Shown here: positions 61,351 to 64,000 of the stretch, piece after piece
How the letters are laid out: every line of letters begins with the position of its first letter
Position numbering within the stretch: the stretch's first letter is position 1
Assembly: GCA_963806145.1 (NCBI GenBank)
Contig: CAWDXD010000050.1
Location: 3,886 to 67,885 of the forward strand
Source of the DNA: an uncultured Actinomycetes bacterium
GTDB taxonomy: Bacteria > Actinomycetota > Actinomycetes > Streptosporangiales > Streptosporangiaceae
Direction: 5' to 3'
Length of the DNA: 64,000 bases
Notes under the pieces: model-generated
Database searches by the model: none
What the model was told of the DNA's origin: nothing
What the model saw: the letters and a program-made list of their open reading frames with translations, nothing else
Program-made: the position numbers and the translations under genes

Positions 61351-62540
61351 ACCTGACAGACGACCAGCGACTGCGCCAGCGGCTGCACGAGGAGTTCGGC
61401 GCGCTGGAGATCTCCCCGGCTCCCGTGCTGCGAATCACCGCCCGCGGCCGGGGGGTCCGCGCCCGCCGCCGCGCCCTGGCCGCCGGCACCGTGGTTCTCG
61501 CCGCGCTCGCGCTCGTGGCGGCCGGGCGCTTCGGCAAGGCGCCCGGCGAGCCCACGGTGACGCTGAACGCGCCCAACCCGGCCGCACCGGGCAAGGTGTT
61601 CGCCTCGGGCACCGCCGACGGGAAGCCGTGGGCCCTGGCGGTGCGCAACATCGCCGCTGATCCCGGCACGCGCTGGTGCGAGCCCGGGGTCATGTTCAAC
61701 GGCCGCGACGGCGACGTGCTGTTCAAGGCGGGCCCGCAGCCGTCCTTCGGCAACCCCGCCTTCCTGTCGGGCATCCCCGGCTTCCCCGGTGTCGGCGCCG
61801 TGTTCACGCAGGTGGCACCGGAGGCGACCCGCTTGGTCGCCACATTCCCCGGCGGCAGGCAGGTGTCCGTGCGACCGGTCTGGGTGTCCGCGTGCACCCA
61901 GCGGTTCCACCTCGCCGGATTCGCCTACGCCGAGCACGGCCTGCAGCCCAGCGAGATCGCCACCTACGACAGGTTCGGGCTCGGCGATGGCCTCGTCATC
62001 GCCCCGGCCGACCTCAGCCCAACCGGCCCCACCAGTCCCGGGGTCTGGGTCAACCTCGACAACTCCCGCGTTGACATCGCCATCTCCCAGGGCGCGAACC
62101 CCATCGGGACGGGCACGGTCGGCGGGCAGATCTGGCACATCTCGGCCTCGCTCGGCCTGGACGGCCAGTGCTACACCGCGGCGATGCGCTCTCCTGGCCA
62201 TGGCCGCGGGCAGTCGTCCGAATGCGTCCCGGTGGCCGCGCCGCCGCGCACCGCCGCGCTGACGGTCGTGCCGATGACCGGCGCGCAGACCCAGCTTTCC
62301 GGCTACGCCGGGCTGGTCAACCCGCGCACCGCCTACGTCTACGCCAGCTTCTCCGACGGGACCACTCACGAGGTGCACCCGGTCCGGGTGGCGGGCCGGG
62401 CCTACATCGCGCTCGTGGCCCCGGCCGGGTGCCGGTTGACCTTGCTGGGCCTGTTCGACGCCAGCGGGCACCTGTTCGCCAACATCGGCCACTTCACCCA
62501 GCCGGTCCCTGGTCTCCCCGAGCCGGCCGGCTCCTCGTGA
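61347..62540 (+). CDS. Membrane-anchored protein co-transcribed with the ECF sigma factor (possible anti-sigma/partner)
   Basis: Its GTG start overlaps the sigma stop codon (GTGA). A single TM segment, 'ALAAGTVVLAALALVAAG', follows a short cytoplasmic N-terminus. No family was recognised for the ~330-aa extracytoplasmic part. Confidence 0.6.
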   Translation: MNLTDDQRLRQRLHEEFGALEISPAPVLRITARGRGVRARRRALAAGTVVLAALALVAAGRFGKAPGEPTVTLNAPNPAAPGKVFASGTADGKPWALAVRNIAADPGTRWCEPGVMFNGRDGDVLFKAGPQPSFGNPAFLSGIPGFPGVGAVFTQVAPEATRLVATFPGGRQVSVRPVWVSACTQRFHLAGFAYAEHGLQPSEIATYDRFGLGDGLVIAPADLSPTGPTSPGVWVNLDNSRVDIAISQGANPIGTGTVGGQIWHISASLGLDGQCYTAAMRSPGHGRGQSSECVPVAAPPRTAALTVVPMTGAQTQLSGYAGLVNPRTAYVYASFSDGTTHEVHPVRVAGRAYIALVAPAGCRLTLLGLFDASGHLFANIGHFTQPVPGLPEPAGSS

Positions 62541-62625
62541 CCACGCGGTCACATGCGGCGTAGGCGCAGGTCATCGCGGGAAAGTCGTTCGGCACAAAAA
62601 GGAAGCTGTGGCCTATCGTCGGTGT

Positions 62626-63990
62626 ATGACTATGCGATCAGCGCCAGCCGGCGGACCTGGGCTCCCGCAGGAGCGCCGCCTCGTCACCGAGATCCCCGGG
62701 CCCATCTCCCGTGACCTGCTCGCCCGGCGCCAGGCCGCCGTGGCCCGCGGGGTCAGCCACGTGCTGCCGGTGTTCATCACCGCCGCCGGAGGCGGCGTGC
62801 TGGTGGACGCGGACGGCAACTCCCTGATCGACTTCGGCTCCGGCATCGCCGTGACGTCGGTGGGAAACAGCGCGCCACGCGTGGCCGAGCGGGTGCGGCA
62901 CCAGGCCGGCCAGTTCACCCACACCTGCTTCATGGTCACGCCGTATGAGGGGTACGTGGCCGTGTGCGAGAAACTGGCCGAGCACACCCCCGGCGGCCAC
63001 GACAAGCGCTCCGCGCTGTTCAACTCCGGCGCGGAGGCCGTGGAGAACGCGGTCAAGATCGCCCGGCACGCCACCGGGAGGCAGGCGGTCGTGGCCTTCG
63101 ACCACGCCTACCACGGCCGCACCAACCTCACCATGGCGCTGACCGCCAAGAACATGCCCTACAAGGACAAGTTCGGCCCGTTCGCGGGCGAGATCTACCG
63201 GGTGCCCATGGCCTACCCGCTGCGCTGGCCCGGCGGCCCGGACCAGTGCGCCAAGGACGCCCTCGACGTGATCACCGGCCTCATCCACACCCAGGTCGGC
63301 GAGGACAACGTGGCCGCGGTCATCATCGAGCCGATCCTGGGCGAGGGCGGGTTCATCGTCCCGCCGCCCGGGTTCCTGCCGGGTCTCGCGGAGTTCTGCG
63401 CCCGGCACGGCATCGTGCTCATCGCCGACGAGATCCAGAGCGGCTTCTGCCGGACCGGCGACTGGTTCGGCTGTGACCACGAGGGCGTCGTGCCCGACCT
63501 GGTCACCACGGCCAAGGGCATCGCCGGCGGGCTGCCGCTGGCCGCGGTGACCGGCCGGGCCGAGATCATGGACTCGGTGCACGTCGGCGGCCTGGGCGGT
63601 ACCTACGGCGGCAACCCGGTGGCCTGCGCCGCCGCGCTCGGCGCGATCGAGACGATGGAGGCCGAGGACCTGGCCGGGCGGGCCCGCCGGATCGGCGAGA
63701 TCATGGTGCCCCGGCTGCGCAAGCTGGCCGGCACCTACCCGGTCATCGCGGACGTGCGCGGGCGCGGCGCGATGGTCGCCATCGAGCTTGCCGAGCCGGG
63801 CACCCTCACCCCGGACCCGGGCACCACCGGGCAGCTGGCCAAGGCCTGCCACGCGGCCGGGCTCGTCGTGCTCACCTGTGGCACGTTCGGCAACGTGCTC
63901 CGGTTCCTGCCGCCGCTGGTCATCGGCGAGAACCTGCTCGAGGAGGGCCTGTCGATCCTGGAGGACGCCTTCGGGCAGGTCAGTTCGTAA
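62626..63990 (+). CDS. gabT: 4-aminobutyrate--2-oxoglutarate aminotransferase
   Basis: Class III aminotransferase: 'RRLVTEIPGP', 'DFGSGIAVTSVGN', 'IADEIQSGFCRTG' and 'TTAKGIAGGLP'. The start codon is uncertain (62608, 62626 or 62632). Confidence 0.9.
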   Translation: MTMRSAPAGGPGLPQERRLVTEIPGPISRDLLARRQAAVARGVSHVLPVFITAAGGGVLVDADGNSLIDFGSGIAVTSVGNSAPRVAERVRHQAGQFTHTCFMVTPYEGYVAVCEKLAEHTPGGHDKRSALFNSGAEAVENAVKIARHATGRQAVVAFDHAYHGRTNLTMALTAKNMPYKDKFGPFAGEIYRVPMAYPLRWPGGPDQCAKDALDVITGLIHTQVGEDNVAAVIIEPILGEGGFIVPPPGFLPGLAEFCARHGIVLIADEIQSGFCRTGDWFGCDHEGVVPDLVTTAKGIAGGLPLAAVTGRAEIMDSVHVGGLGGTYGGNPVACAAALGAIETMEAEDLAGRARRIGEIMVPRLRKLAGTYPVIADVRGRGAMVAIELAEPGTLTPDPGTTGQLAKACHAAGLVVLTCGTFGNVLRFLPPLVIGENLLEEGLSILEDAFGQVSS

Positions 63991-64000
63991 CGGAGACGTC

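Noticed and set aside
1-64000. I searched for prophage or integrase genes, transposases, toxin-antitoxin pairs, restriction-modification or other defence systems, rRNA genes and secondary-metabolite core enzymes.
   Set aside because: No translation in the ORF track showed the corresponding hallmark motifs. The only mobile-element-like signal is the small non-autonomous repeat family.

Overview
This is a high-GC actinobacterial chromosomal window (roughly 70% GC or more outside the first ~900 nt) and it is almost fully coding. All product calls come from reading the supplied translations for family motifs. No database search was run.

Recognisable content:
- Nitrogen and cofactor housekeeping: glnE, glnA2, nadE, panB, map, gabT, cutA, npdG.
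- A protocatechuate / beta-ketoadipate cluster (pcaB ... pcaC-pcaI-pcaJ-pcaH-pcaG-pcaD) interrupted by a NarL-type two-component system.
- A Liv-type ABC importer, a TetR-MFS efflux pair next to an AlkZ/YcaQ-like (HTH_42) protein, an ECF sigma factor with a membrane partner, a rhomboid protease, and a fused E1 alpha/beta dehydrogenase.
- A GntR / FAH-hydrolase divergent pair, two tandem double-YbjQ paralogs, and assorted oxidoreductases, methyltransferases and hydrolases.

Most interesting observations:
1. A previously unnamed (to me) ~76-bp double-hairpin repeat with GCTAGC ends is present at four or more loci, about 7 units in total. One copy is translated in frame inside nadE. Two copies donate the TAG stop codon of the neighbouring gene. 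A 3.5-unit tandem array fills the rhomboid / ECF-sigma divergent region.
2. At least 13 frameshifts are concentrated in accessory genes, while about 20 kb of long housekeeping ORFs are intact. This is either genuine gene decay or homopolymer sequencing error.
3. A histidine kinase embedded in the pca cluster has a sensor region built from near-perfect 33-bp and 42-bp tandem repeats.
4. The left edge is a low-GC segment with an FkbM-type methyltransferase, a 22-bp tandem repeat and a tRNA-T-arm-like remnant.

Several candidate operators are noted: a perfect CRP-type site, a GlnR-type box, a TetR-type palindrome and GntR-region direct repeats.

I found no rRNA, intact tRNA, CRISPR array, transposase, prophage, recognisable defence system or biosynthetic gene cluster.
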